From Basidiobolus meristosporus CBS 931.73 (taxonomy: Eukaryota > Fungi > Basidiobolomycota), in the NCBI GenBank assembly GCA_002104905.1, contig MCFE01000477.1:1-64000 (forward strand): DNA of 64,000 nucleotides, in the 5' to 3' direction. A program made the translations under genes and the position numbers. Positions 13,973 to 26,138 of this stretch are shown here, in pieces (the stretch's first letter is position 1; the number at the start of each line of letters is the position of its first letter). Under the pieces are notes generated by a model. The model was not told the origin of the DNA. It did not search any database and saw only the letters and a list, made by a program, of their open reading frames with translations.

Positions 13973-15272
13973 ATTGTACCAATGTACCAAATGATATTTT
14001 TGTTTTCTTCTCCCCTTGCACTATTTATATATTCCACTGTAGGATGGCCCAACTTCATTTGCTATCCCACTACCCACTTGGGGATTCCATTTATAGTTTG
14101 AATCAAAAAAAAATATGGCCTTCTGCTTACTAACCTCTGCATACCTGCATACCCACTGCATTTGACACATTGCTATTACCTCAAGTCTATGGCTTTTTAG
14201 CTTGGTACTTGCATAGCTGCTATATGCCTTATATTACCAGTAACATTCATATCTTGCAAACATATGCTTTGCTGTCAACACTTTGCCATGAACAACTCAT
14301 GAATACCAGCTAAGAGTTTCTTATTGTTTAGCCAATATATTCCCTCTCCCTGCTGAAATCCATTCCCCATTTTGGGTGTGCTCTGTCACTTGATTGTGTA
14401 AATTACATATTGAATGGTATAAAAACTGTCTTGTGACCAAGAGAAACCTGGCACACTTGGGCAAATTTGTGCTTATAAAAATTTGTTGCTTGTTTGTTCA
14501 AATTCATAAAAATCACATTTGTGATGGACTTGAAGGTAATAGTCTTGATGAGATTGGTATATGGTAGTACCTGCCACTTGGCTTGTCTTCCTATCACTCC
14601 ACTCATCTGCTCCATAGGAAATTCCTAAAAGGCCAAGCAAGGCCCAATATTTCCAGACACCAAGTAAGGTGGAGTAGAGAATAATAATGTGTGTGTTTTA
14701 TAGGTGAATCTCTGGGATCTTGCACATTCAACAGCAATACCAACCATTGTGTCACAAATAGCCAGCTATCTTGCTGATGGCTGGGGTATCTTCAATGCAG
14801 ATAATAATATACACTTTGATATGATAGCTGTTGGGTAGGATACCACTGGAAAGCATACAACATTCATCCAGCAATGGATACCAGTAGCTGTCCAGTTTGG
14901 ACTGTATTTAGGCTCAGCTACTTGTGAGACTACTTTCAGATTACTGCTCTGATACATAGGATAGGCAGCAGATTCAAGTTGATGAGAATTAGTGCCCAGC
15001 AGGACTTGCAGGTAAATTACTTGCTTAATTAGAGTCCATCCAGTGTTAATGCAGAGGCATGATCATACATATCTTCAAAGTAGCCCTTGTTTGTTAGTTG
15101 CTCATATTGTTTGCCATCAAATGTATCAAAAATGCTTGCACCTGATTAATACTGAGTGTAGTACTTTCTAACTTCACAATCTTTGTTGGACTGCATGAGC
15201 TTCTTTAAACAGGGTATCACTGGAATATACTTGCAATGGAAATAGTGTTTTCCCCCTATGCTGGTGGATTCT

Positions 15273-16402
15273 TGCTTTGAAGAACAAATAATCCAGACCC
15301 TGACAAGCAATCCACCCAAGAAAGTTATTTCATACAGAACACGCAGTAGCCAACACATCTTTTGAACTACAGCTCATTTGAAGTAGTACTTAAGGAGTTA
15401 TGACCAAAAGAGTCCCATTATTATATAAACTAGGTCTCTATTGCTAGGACTACTATGGTGACTTTGATTGTGTGTGAATTTTGAGCCAGCCAAGTCATAT
15501 CATGTGATATTCTCACAGGTGCTGCGCCTATGTCCAATCTGCGCCACTGCAAAATTTTAGCTTTGTATCATGTGTATTACTTGCGCAATTGCCCAAAACC
15601 TTTGATCCTTCAGATGTTTCATATATATGACTTCCCCAGCTGAAAAGTAAAAAGAGAGCCTCTCTTTCCAGAATCTCCACACGTCAATTACAAGTTTAAA
15701 GGTTATAAGACTTCCCCTACACCACTTGCACTGCTGAGTATTCTGACTTTGATTGGTACTACATCAGTAAAGAGACTGCAAGCTTACTATGAAATCCAAT
15801 ATAAGCATCCTTACTTAAAGAACTACCACTCTTCTATTGGAAAGTCCTCTCTAAAGCAGACCCCTGTACTCTAAAGACATTCCTTTAGACACCCCCTTAG
15901 ATACCCCTTTAAGAAACCCCTTTACTCTAAAGAAACTCCCTTACTCTAAAGAAGCCCCTTTAGGCACCCCTTGAGTGTAAAGTCCACTTCAGAGGCCACC
16001 ACAAGAAGCCCCTTTACTCTAAAGACATCCCTTTAGGTCAAAAGACCCCTTTAGAGACTTCTACAACACACCCCTTTAGGTTAATAGGGAGTTCAGAATA
16101 TCCATATTAGGACATATTTTATTGGAAAGGAAAGTGACTTTCAAATAAGGAAAAGCCACTATAAAAGTAAATAAGCCCATTAGTTGACAGAAGATCAGAA
16201 CACTGCTGTAGAAGTGAGAAACACTGCCTATAGTATATTTTGAGCCTAAGATTGAGGATATTAGTGATAGTTATATCTTCTATTGGTATATCAAACTCCC
16301 AATAAGTTATTTCAGTATTAGCATACTGGAAGTTGTGGTGTATAGTTGATTAGCCTCTACATTGTAGAACAAGCCCCAAACTAATCATTATACAACACAA
16401 CA
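15273..16402 (-). repeat. ~1.1-kb repeat, left arm of an inverted pair; possibly a long solo LTR
   Basis: Reverse-complement match to 17748-18812; internal tandem CCCCTTTACTCTAAAGA-like motifs at 15870-16080; absent from paralogous CACTA copy C. Confidence 0.75.
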
Positions 16403-17747
16403 ACTCATGTGAATTTAATACAGTCTTGTATTTGAGACATTGCACCTGCATGAATATAAAATTCAATGATGACCTGCCATAGTAAACATCAAAAATAAAG
16501 TTATGGCACCAAATACACACATATATGTTGCACTATTTCCCCTTTGGTTAGGCTCACTTTGAAATATATGCCACAAAAAAATAAAGCAAAGTTGTCTGGT
16601 TCCCAACCAAACCCACCGCTGATGGCAGCAGAAGTATGGCTGGATAACCACTTGCTTTGACATTCAGTGCAACAAGCAGTGCTACATCCAAAAAAGACCA
16701 TGTTGACACTGTGCCTACTGAAGGTAATAATGCAGACTCCTCAGGCTCTCAGTTAAGTAGGTAACTAAGAACCTCTGTGGAGCCACAAGCTGACCATTAT
16801 GCTCAGCAGATGAGAATGTAGCAAATGCAGTACCCTTGGTTGAAGACCAGCAAGCAGCCATCATAATATCACCACCACCCATATTAGCAAGTATGTTGTC
16901 AGCTCATACCAAAACATAAATGCAACAATTAGGTGCATTGGCTGATAGGATAGATGCAATGGCCCACAAAAATCTGGAAATAGTCCAGAAACAGGATGAG
17001 CAGATAATATGCGTAGAGCAAGCAATATCCCAGGTAGAGAAAGCAGTATCTTTGCTGCAAAGAAGGAACTCAAGTAGCTCAATGTCACAGCCAAGAATTG
17101 AGCCATTTCCCAATGTAACAGCATAGGAACACCATATGGTCTTTGAAGCACAACAACAGTGCCCAAAGATAAAGCCTGCAGAAAAACCTACCACAGTGTG
17201 GGAGGGATACATTGTGGTGTTTATACCAAAGCCTAAAATCAAAAGATATTGAAGATCTGTGAAGCTGTTGAGTGCAATAATGATGAGTGGGCTAATATTC
17301 AAGAGACTGTCAGAAGTCTAGCACACCATCACGTTAAGCCCAGCATACTATGGGACCATCAGTAACTCACAACCAAGCAGAATGGACTTGACTTGTTCCA
17401 TGAACAATATCTTAGATTTAAACTGGCAAACAGATTTTGGGCCTGCATTGGTATGCTAAGAAAATATCTCAAGAATAGCAGAAGCTATCAAGGACAGGAA
17501 GAACAAGGGTGCCATGGCTAAAATCCAGCAGCATCCTCAAGAGCCTGTTGCAAGCAGGGCTTAAAGCTCCAGACAAGTATCAAAGAGATGTCAGGTAGCT
17601 GGAAGAGTGCCCATTAGGCACAAGCAGGCAGGCACAGATGCACCTGCATAAGATTAATCAAGGAAAGAGTGTGTTAGCACTCAAGAAGCACTTGGTAAAG
17701 AAGTAGGTGAAGGACCTGGCAGTGATAAAGGAAAAGGTAAAACAAAT

Positions 17748-18812
17748 TGTTGTGTTGTATTATGATTAATTTGGGGCTTGTTCCACAATGTAGAGGCTGA
17801 TCAGCTATATGCAACAACTTCCAGAATGTTAGTACAGAAATAGTTTATTGGGAGTTTGATATACCAATAGAAGATAAAACTTTCACTAATATCCTCATCT
17901 TAGTGCATAATATACTATAGGCAGTGATTCTCACTTCTACAGCAGTGATCTGATCTTCTGTCAACTGTTGGGCTTATTTACCTTCATAGTTGCTTTTCCT
18001 TTTTTGGAAGTCAAGTTCCCTTCTGAGAAAATATTTCCTGATATGGAAATTCTGACCTACCCTTTAACCTAAAGAGGTGTGCTGTGGAAGTCTCTAAAGG
18101 GGTCTTTTAAGTAAAGGGGCTTCTTGAAGTGGTCTCTAAAGTGAACCTTACACTTAAGGGGTGCCTAAAGGGGCTATTTTAGAGTAAAGGGTTTCTCAAA
18201 GGGGTCTCCAAAGGGGTCTTAGAGCAAAGGGGTCTCTTAGAGAGTACTTTTCTGACAGAAAGGTGGCAGTTTTTTTGGAGAACTTAGATTGGATTCTTGT
18301 GAGCTTTGCAGTCTATTTACTGATGTAGTACTGATCAAAGTCAGAATACTCAACTGTGCAAGTGATGCAGGGGAAGTCTTATAACCTTTAAACTTGTAAT
18401 CATAGTGTGGAGATTCTGGAATGAGAGACTCTCCTTTATTTTTCAGTTGGGGAGGTCATATATATGAAAATTCTGAAGGATCAAAGCTTTTGGGCAGTTG
18501 CCCAAGCAATACATATGATACAAAGCTAAAATTTTGCATTGGTGCAGATTGAACATAGGCACAGCACCTGTGAGAACTTCACATGATTTGATTGGCTGGT
18601 TCAGAAGTTACACACAGTCAAAGTCACCACAGTAATTCTAGCAATAGAGGCCTAGTATACATGATAATTGGACTCTTTTGATAATAACTACTTAAGTACT
18701 GCTTCAAATGGGCTGTAATACAAAACATAAGTCGGCTACTGAGTGTTATGCATGACATAATATTCTTGGGTGGATTTCCTATCAGGGTCTAGAGAATATG
18801 TCCTTCAAAGCT
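17748..18812 (+). repeat. ~1.1-kb repeat, right arm of the inverted pair
   Basis: Starts TGTTGTGTTG; reverse complement of 15273-16402 with clear divergence. Confidence 0.75.
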
Positions 18813-19249
18813 GGAAATCTTGAATATGTTAATTGTGTGTTACAATTGCAAAAAGCAAATTAGAGGAATGAGTGCAATATTGGTTTTGGGATATATAGTA
18901 ATGGAATACATTCCATTATCACAGAATAATGCCTACCCAAGGCTGAGACAGGGAAGAATGCAAAAAAACTGCAGTTCTTGGCAATTAATGCCACAAGCCC
19001 ACAGCAGACTGAATCCTGTTATACCCAAGAAGAATTACCAACAAGAAAACAGCTATTTTAGCAAGAATTGGAAGGGTAGCCAGTTGAGCTACACTCCAGC
19101 AAGGTAGATGAGTTTACAGAAAAACAATTTGTCTACTACAGCCTCCATATCCTCCATTGTTGACAGAGTGGAGTTCCCACTGACAGACAAGGCTACAATG
19201 TCAAGAACTCAAAAGACTATCACAGTGCCTGAGGGGTTGGAATTAATGA

Positions 19250-22200
19250 TAGTGTAGTGTATACGGACTTTTATAGGTCAATACAATTGGCAATAGAGGT
19301 ACAACTGAAGTTTCAATGGAAATAAATCAATTTGTATGCTTGAAAAGTAAGAGAAACAATTGAGTCAGGAAATAAGGAGTGTGCAAAAGAGGCAATTGCC
19401 AATCAATGCATACAAATGTAGAAGGTGATACAGTGTCTGGGATCAGAAAGTGAGCAAATTGGCAGGGAACCAATTAAAAGCCACTTATATATAGTTGTGA
19501 TGAAAAATTTTGACTGTGTTTTTTGTAAAATCTGGCATGCAATTATTTTTCAACAGTCTCTGGATGGTGTCCTGACAGGATCAGTACCTCTTAGTCACAG
19601 GACTTTAGATTTTTAATGTCCTTTTGATAGGATCATTACAATGATTCTCATAGGGCATGGTAGTACTGGCAACTTGACTTGTTCTCCCATCTCCCCACAC
19701 ATCTGCTCCATAGGAAACTCCCAAAAGGTGAAGCAAGGTCCAATATGCTCAATACACCAAGCAAGATGAAGTAGCCAAGGGATACAGTGGCAGCAGTGAT
19801 CCATGCATTCAGCTTTATGTTTTTATTATAGCCCCTCAAGTCCCATTGCAAACTTTGGCACAAAAGCTGTATATGGGTTAAGATAACATTGGTGATTGGC
19901 TTCTAGAGAAATATTCCTACAATATCCACATAAGGCTCCCAATGCTTCCAATATACTCTGGGTAGGAAAGGCTTCAGAAGGCCACTTGAATAAGTACATT
20001 TCCAATACATCCAGTACTTGCACTTGTATTGTTACATGTGCATATGAATGTTGATAGGAGCCTGTGATAGGTACTTAGGGTAGCGGATGCCCTGTAATAT
20101 CTTGCCAATTCTTTCAAGTTTCTCCAGCATCTCAAAGGGTACATTTAGCTTGAAATGCCGCATTTACAACTTGGTCAGTAGTATAGGGATATTGTTGAAA
20201 AGGAAATATATTGCTCCCAGTGGAAAGCTGTTCCTCTAATAGACACCCACTATCTTCAGTATTTCCAGTTTCCAGTTAACTACAAATCCCTGGCTGATAG
20301 CTTATAGCTAGCTAACTTTGCTGCAATTGCTTGCTGACTTCTGTACATTCTCTCCACTGAAAGAAGATCTTGTTAGTGTTGGTACTTGGATGATAATAAT
20401 GTGTGCGAGTTATGCAGTAAGTCCCTGGATCTCACACATCCAACAGCAATACCATTCATTGTGCCCAGAAAAGCTAGCTATCTTGCTGATGGCTGTGGTA
20501 TCTCCAATGCAGAAAATAATATGCGCTTTTCATGACAGCCATTTACTGTTATCCAGCTGGAAAGCATATAAAATTTATTCAGCAATGGATACAGGTAGCT
20601 ATTGAGGTTGGATGGCAATTTTGGCTCAGGTAGCAGTAAGACTACCATCAGATTTCTGCTCTAATACTGTAAGACTGGTGGCAAATTCATGTTGATGAGA
20701 ATCAGTGCACAGCAGGATTTGCTGGTAGAGTACTTGTTTAATGAGAATCCATCAAGTGCCAAGGTAAAGGCATGGTCATACATACCTTCAAAGTAGCCAT
20801 TACTTCTGAGCTGTTTGTAAAGTTTGCCGTCAAATATGTTGAATAGGTTTGCACTTAATTGATACTGAATGCAGTACTTTATAGCTTCACAATATTTGCT
20901 GGACTACATGAGCTTCTTTAGATTGGGTATGACTGGAATATATCCAGAGCAAGAACAATGTTTTCCCCCAATGGTTGTGGATTCCTGACAAGCTGGTCCC
21001 CTTGCAAAAGTGGCACTTACTGATGTGAATGCCATTCAGGTATTAGCACATGCTGGTATCAGGACAGTCTTTGGGTCATATGTTGCCAGCCTCATGATGG
21101 TTGTCCATTTATACCATGTACATGGTAAGTTGCATCCCAGGATGATTTTGACAAGAAGTATTAGTAAGTCCTCAAAGCCCTCATTACTGATATTAGTAGA
21201 ACCACACCACTTCTCTAGCCACAACATCACATCATTCACCAGTAGATGGATTACTGGGCTCACTTGACTCCATAAAGTTTCCTTGGCATTTTTTTCAATG
21301 GGCGTTGCTTCATTGCATAATGGGATCTTGCCAGGCTCATGCAGGGTACTCTTCTTAGGGCAGATAGGCTCACAATCCATCAGTGAGCCTGCTTCTTCAT
21401 AGCTGTCACTCTGTGTGCCAAATTTAGATGGCTGGAGTGAGCCAAGAGGTGTCACAAACTCACCTGACTCAGTTTGTGCAAGGTGACAAGTGCTGCTAGG
21501 TGACATTATTGAGGTATTAATTGGCCAGCACAATATTGTTAGTACAGTGGTGGCTGGTGAATGCTCAAATATGACTTGTGTAGCAAAACACTGGCTGTGA
21601 TCCTTGTAATACCTGCTACACTGTTTGCATGCTTCATGGTTGAGAGGCTTGCTACAATAGCCACATGGTCTTTTTCTTGTCTCTTACAATGATCCATCAA
21701 AGTAGTCTTGCTCATGGGACAAACACTATAACACTCAACAAAGTAATGCTAGTAAATCTGTGTGTCAATATTCATGTGGATATAAGACAGTCTTGTATTT
21801 GAGGCATTGCACCTACATGAATGTAAGATTCAATGATGACCCACCACAGTAAGCATTAAAAATAAAGCTGTGGCACCACATACACATGTATATGTAATAC
21901 CTTTCCCCCTTGGGTTTGACTCACTTGCATATATATGCAGCCAAAAAATAAAGCAAAGTTGTTGGGTTCCCAACCAAACACACAACTGACAGCAGCAGAA
22001 AAACTGCTTGACAATTGCTTGCTTTGACACTCAGTGCAACAAGCAGGGCTACAGCCAAAAAAGGCCTTATGGACAGTGTGCCAGTGAAGGTAACAATGCA
22101 GACTCCTCAGGCTTTCAGTCAAGTAGGCAATTGGGAATCTCTGCTGACCCACAAGCTGCTTGTAATGCTGAGGCGGATGAGAATTGTAACAAAAGCAGTA

Positions 22201-24830
22201 CCTTCTGTTGAAGACCTGTAAGTGGTCATCATAATATCACCATCACCTATATTAGAAAGTATGTTGTAAGCTCATACTGATGCATTGATGAGGCAATTAG
22301 GTGCAGTGACTGATAGGATAGATGCAATGGCCCAGAGAAATCAGGAAATAGTCCAGAAACTGGATGAGTAGATAAAAGGTGTAGAGCAATCAATAGATCA
22401 GGTAGGGAAAGCAATATCTTTGCTGCAAAGAAGGAACTCAAGTAGCTCAATGTCACAGCCAAGAATTGAGTTATTTCACAATGTGACAGCATAGAAACAC
22501 TGCACAGTCTTTGAGGCACAACAGCAGTACCCAATGATAAAACCCACAGAAAACGTATTGCTGCATGGGAGGGAGAAAATGTAGTGTTTATGCAAAGCCT
22601 AAAAATCAAAAGACATTAAAGATCTGTAAAACTGGGGACTGCAATGATGAAGAGTGCACTAATTTTCAAGAGGATGTAAGAAGTCTAGCACACCAACACC
22701 TTAAGGCCAGCATACCATGGGACCATCAGGAACTGAAGGCCAAGCAGAATCCACTTGACTTGCTCCATAAGCATTATTGGGGATTAAAATGAGCAAACTG
22801 AGTTTGGGTCAGCATTGGTTTGCCAAGGAAGTATCTCAAGAATAGCTGAAACTTTCAAAGGCAGAAGATCCAGGGATCAATGGCTAAAAACCAGCAGTTT
22901 CCTCAAGAGCCTGTTATAAGCAGGGCCAAAAGTTCCAAACAAACATCAAAGAGACATCAGATAGCTGGAAGAGTGCCAATAAGGGAAAAGCAGGCAGACA
23001 TAGATGCAGCAGGACAATATTTACCAAGGGCCAAGTGCAGTTCTATTCAAGAAGCACTCAGTCAAAGTAGCAGTGAAGGTCCTGGTGGTGATAAAAGCTA
23101 GCAGCTACCTCAGGAGTGCATCACACCATGGGCTGCAATCTCAATATTAATGCCATAAGCCCACAACAGACTGAATACCATCATAGCCAAGAAGAGTTAC
23201 CAACAAGAAAATAGCTGTTTTCATAATGGTTGGAAGTGCAGCCGGTTGAGCTACACTCCAGTGAGGTGGATGAGTTTGCAGAGAAACAAAATTTGTTTAC
23301 CACAGCCTCCATGTCCTCAATTGTTGACATAGTGGAGATCCCACTGACAGACAAAGTAACAATGTCAAGAACTCAAAAGGTTATCACAATGCCTGCAGTG
23401 GGATTCTGGAACATTCATAGGCACATCAAGAGGTTACAGCATTTCTTCAATAGCAGTGCTCAAGAAAATGCACTTCAATATTGTATGGATTTATTATAAA
23501 GACTGGCAGATGAGGTGCTAGACCTTCCAGTGCTGGCTGAAGACCAGGATGTATGGGAACCAGTGAATGAACAGTAGCATTAAGCTGTAGTGCCCCTGCC
23601 AAAGTTATGGGAACAGAGAGTTGAGGCTGAAGTACCTATTGAATGGTGGATTTTAATGGAGTAACCTGATGAGTGTGGGGTTGGTCTTAATGTTAGTGTA
23701 GGGTATAGGGGCTTGAATAGATCAATATAATTGGCGATTGAGGCACAACTGAAGTTTCAATGGAAATAAATCAATAGACTTGTTCCGTTGGATAGTGCCA
23801 CATTGAGCCATGAGTGCCAAATGATGCCATAGTGTGCCAGAGTGGTCAAGTGAGCCTATACTTGGCCACAGAGTGTGAAACATAGCTCTGCATCTTCATG
23901 TAAAGCAGCCCCTGTGTTTCACCCATTGCGCAGGAGATAATCCATTTTTTGACCTTTTTTTGTGGATCAATGTAGCTAAGGATGTGTAAGAGCACAGGAG
24001 AGCTGAAGATATGCATCTGGAACTCAATACCCATGGCACTGTGAATCTAGCTCCTGTAGCTTGTATCATGTCACAAAAATGAATGGCACTATCTTGGTCC
24101 ACTGGTACTATCTGGCACTATATTTAAATATTAGCCCTAAAGTAAGATCTATACAAAGCACTTATAGTGCCAGATAGTACCAGTGGACCAAGATAGTGCC
24201 ATTCATTTTTGTGACATGATACAAGCTACAGGAGCTAGATTCAGAGTGCCATGGGTATTGAGTACCAGATGCCTATCTTCAATCTGCTTGTGCTCTAACA
24301 CATCCTGCACAACATTGATCCAAAAAAAAAGGTCAAAAAATGGATTTTCTCCAACACATTGGGTGAAACACAGGGGCCGCTTTGCATGAAGATGCAGAGC
24401 TATGTTTCACACTCTGTGGCCAGGTATAGGCTCACTTGACCTCTCTGGCACACTATGGCATCATTTGGCACTCATGGCTCAATGCGGCACTATCCAACGG
24501 AACAAGTCTAATATGTATGCATGAGAAGTAAGAGAAATGGTTGAGTCAGGAAGTAAGGAGTGCTAAAAAGAGGCAATCACCAATCAATGCACACAAATGT
24601 AGGAGGTGGTAGAGTGTCCAGGATTCAAAAGTGAGAGAGTTTGCAGAGAACAGATCAAAAGCCACTTTTGTATTGTTGTGATGAAATATTTTGATCAAGT
24701 TTTTGTGAAATTTCAGGTGCAATTGTTTTTTGATGGTCTTTGCACAGTATCCTGATGGGATCAATACCTCTTAGTCACAGGACTTAGAATCTGTGACAGC
24801 TTTTTGACAGGATCATCACAATAACTTTTC
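19250..24830 (-). mobile_element. Decayed CACTA/EnSpm-like transposon, copy C, plus the start of a further tandem unit (23700-24830)
   Basis: Minus-strand remnants 'LWLEKWCGSTNISNEGFEDLL...NLPCTWYK' (21036-21533), 'IGDTTAISKIASFSGHNEWYCCWMCEIQG' (~20420-20510), 'HLAWCIEHIGPCFTFWEFPMEQMCG' (19613-19804); divergent second ORF on + at 22000-23500; 19255-19650 repeated at 23695-24830. Confidence 0.7.
23775..24510. mobile_element. 736-bp foldback/MITE-like element (~345-bp inverted arms, ~45-bp spacer)
   Basis: Termini TAGACTTGTTCCGTTGG...CCAACGGAACAAGTCTA; absent from the paralogous site at ~19330; second copy of identical length at 27093-27828. Confidence 0.92.
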
Positions 24831-24865
24831 ATAGGGGTCTTCAAGACAAAATACAAGGCTGATGA

Positions 24866-25213
24866 TGTTGTAATATCAATTTGTCACCTAGATACTCATG
24901 CTAGCTTAGTAACATAGATCTTATTCTTTGATTAGCATTCCATCCTGACCAAATTCCTTGTCAGGATTTACCTAAAATATTTTCACTGAATTATCAGGTA
25001 CCCAGATTGTGAACTTTCTCTAAGTTGTCCAAAAGCCCCCAAACTTTGCACACATATTCTTGGGACCTTTCTTGACAAGCTTTACATGCATGTTTACTTT
25101 ACTTTATCATAAAAATAAATACCATACTTTTGAGCAATAAATTTGCAAGCAAATAACATGTAAACTTTGTGGTTCTCAACATCACTTCCAATACTCCTCA
25201 CAATATTGCAACA
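24866..25213 (+). mobile_element. Copia-type solo LTR inserted in the copia RT
   Basis: TGTTG...CAACA termini; similar to 28416-28764; flanks GATGA/GATGG (5-bp TSD, one mismatch); removal rejoins 'KADGTVE'. Confidence 0.8.
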
Positions 25214-26138
25214 GATGGTACAGTTGAAAGATGCCAAGAAAGACTTGTGGCCAAAGAATACTCCCCAACATAAGGACTTGACTATATTAAGATCTTTGCA
25301 CCAGCTGCCAAGCTTAGTTTCATCAGATTAATATTGGCTATTGCAGCCAAATACAAGCTTTTCATTGATCCAATAGATGTATAAACTGCATTTTTGAGTG
25401 GAGAACTTGATGAGGGTGTGCATATAAGTCTGCCTGCTGGGTTTGTGCACTAGATAACCCCACTTGGTCTGCAAGCTTAAAAGATCTCTATCTGGTCTTA
25501 AGCAATCACCCAGAGCCTGGAATTCCAAGATGGACTCTCATTTGGAATCATTGAGTTTCCAAAGCAGTAATGCTGACTATAGTATCTACCATCAGCCAGA
25601 TAGAGCAAATCCAGCTCCATTTGCACTATATATGGACAATCTTACTACAGCCACCAATAACCAAAAAACTTTGGAAGAGACTAAATGCAGCTTATCTACA
25701 AAGTACAAGACATCTAATCTAGGACACCTCAGTTACTACTTTGGGATAGAATTCTCCATTGACAAAAGTATGCCAACTATTACTCTAAGCTGATCCAAGC
25801 ATATTCAAGATGTACTAAAGAAGTACCAAATGGAAGACTGTAAACCAGCAGCTACTCCAATGGAGTCAAACCTCAACTAAATCAAGAGAGCTTGGTGCCA
25901 TCTGAAAGCCTTGAGTTTCCTTATCAATCTATGGGTGATGCTCTGATGTACATCAAGCTTGAAAATGTCCAGATATCTCATATTCAGCTGAAGTTGTCAG
26001 CCAATGTGATTGGAACAATGGATCAGATCATATTGCAGCAGTTAAGCGGATTTTTAGATACCTGAAAGGAACTGCTGATATCTGCTTAAGATACACTCAT
26101 AAGGATTCAGAACAGGGTCTTGTGGGATACTCTGACAT

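Larger units (their letters stand above)
13200..19250 (-). mobile_element. Decayed CACTA/EnSpm-like transposon, copy B; approximate limits
   Basis: Minus-strand 'GPC..FWEFPMEQMSGVIGRQAKWQVLP' (14403-14640, DUF4218-like tail of CACTA transposases); second ORF remnant on + at ~16700-19230 homologous to 22000-23400; interrupted by a solo LTR and two 1.1-kb repeats. Confidence 0.6.

Noticed and set aside
23846-24389. Mirror-image small ORFs (MDQDSAIHF..., MGIEFQMH...), also at 27164-27829
   Set aside because: Chance ORFs duplicated by the foldback symmetry; not conserved intact between copies.
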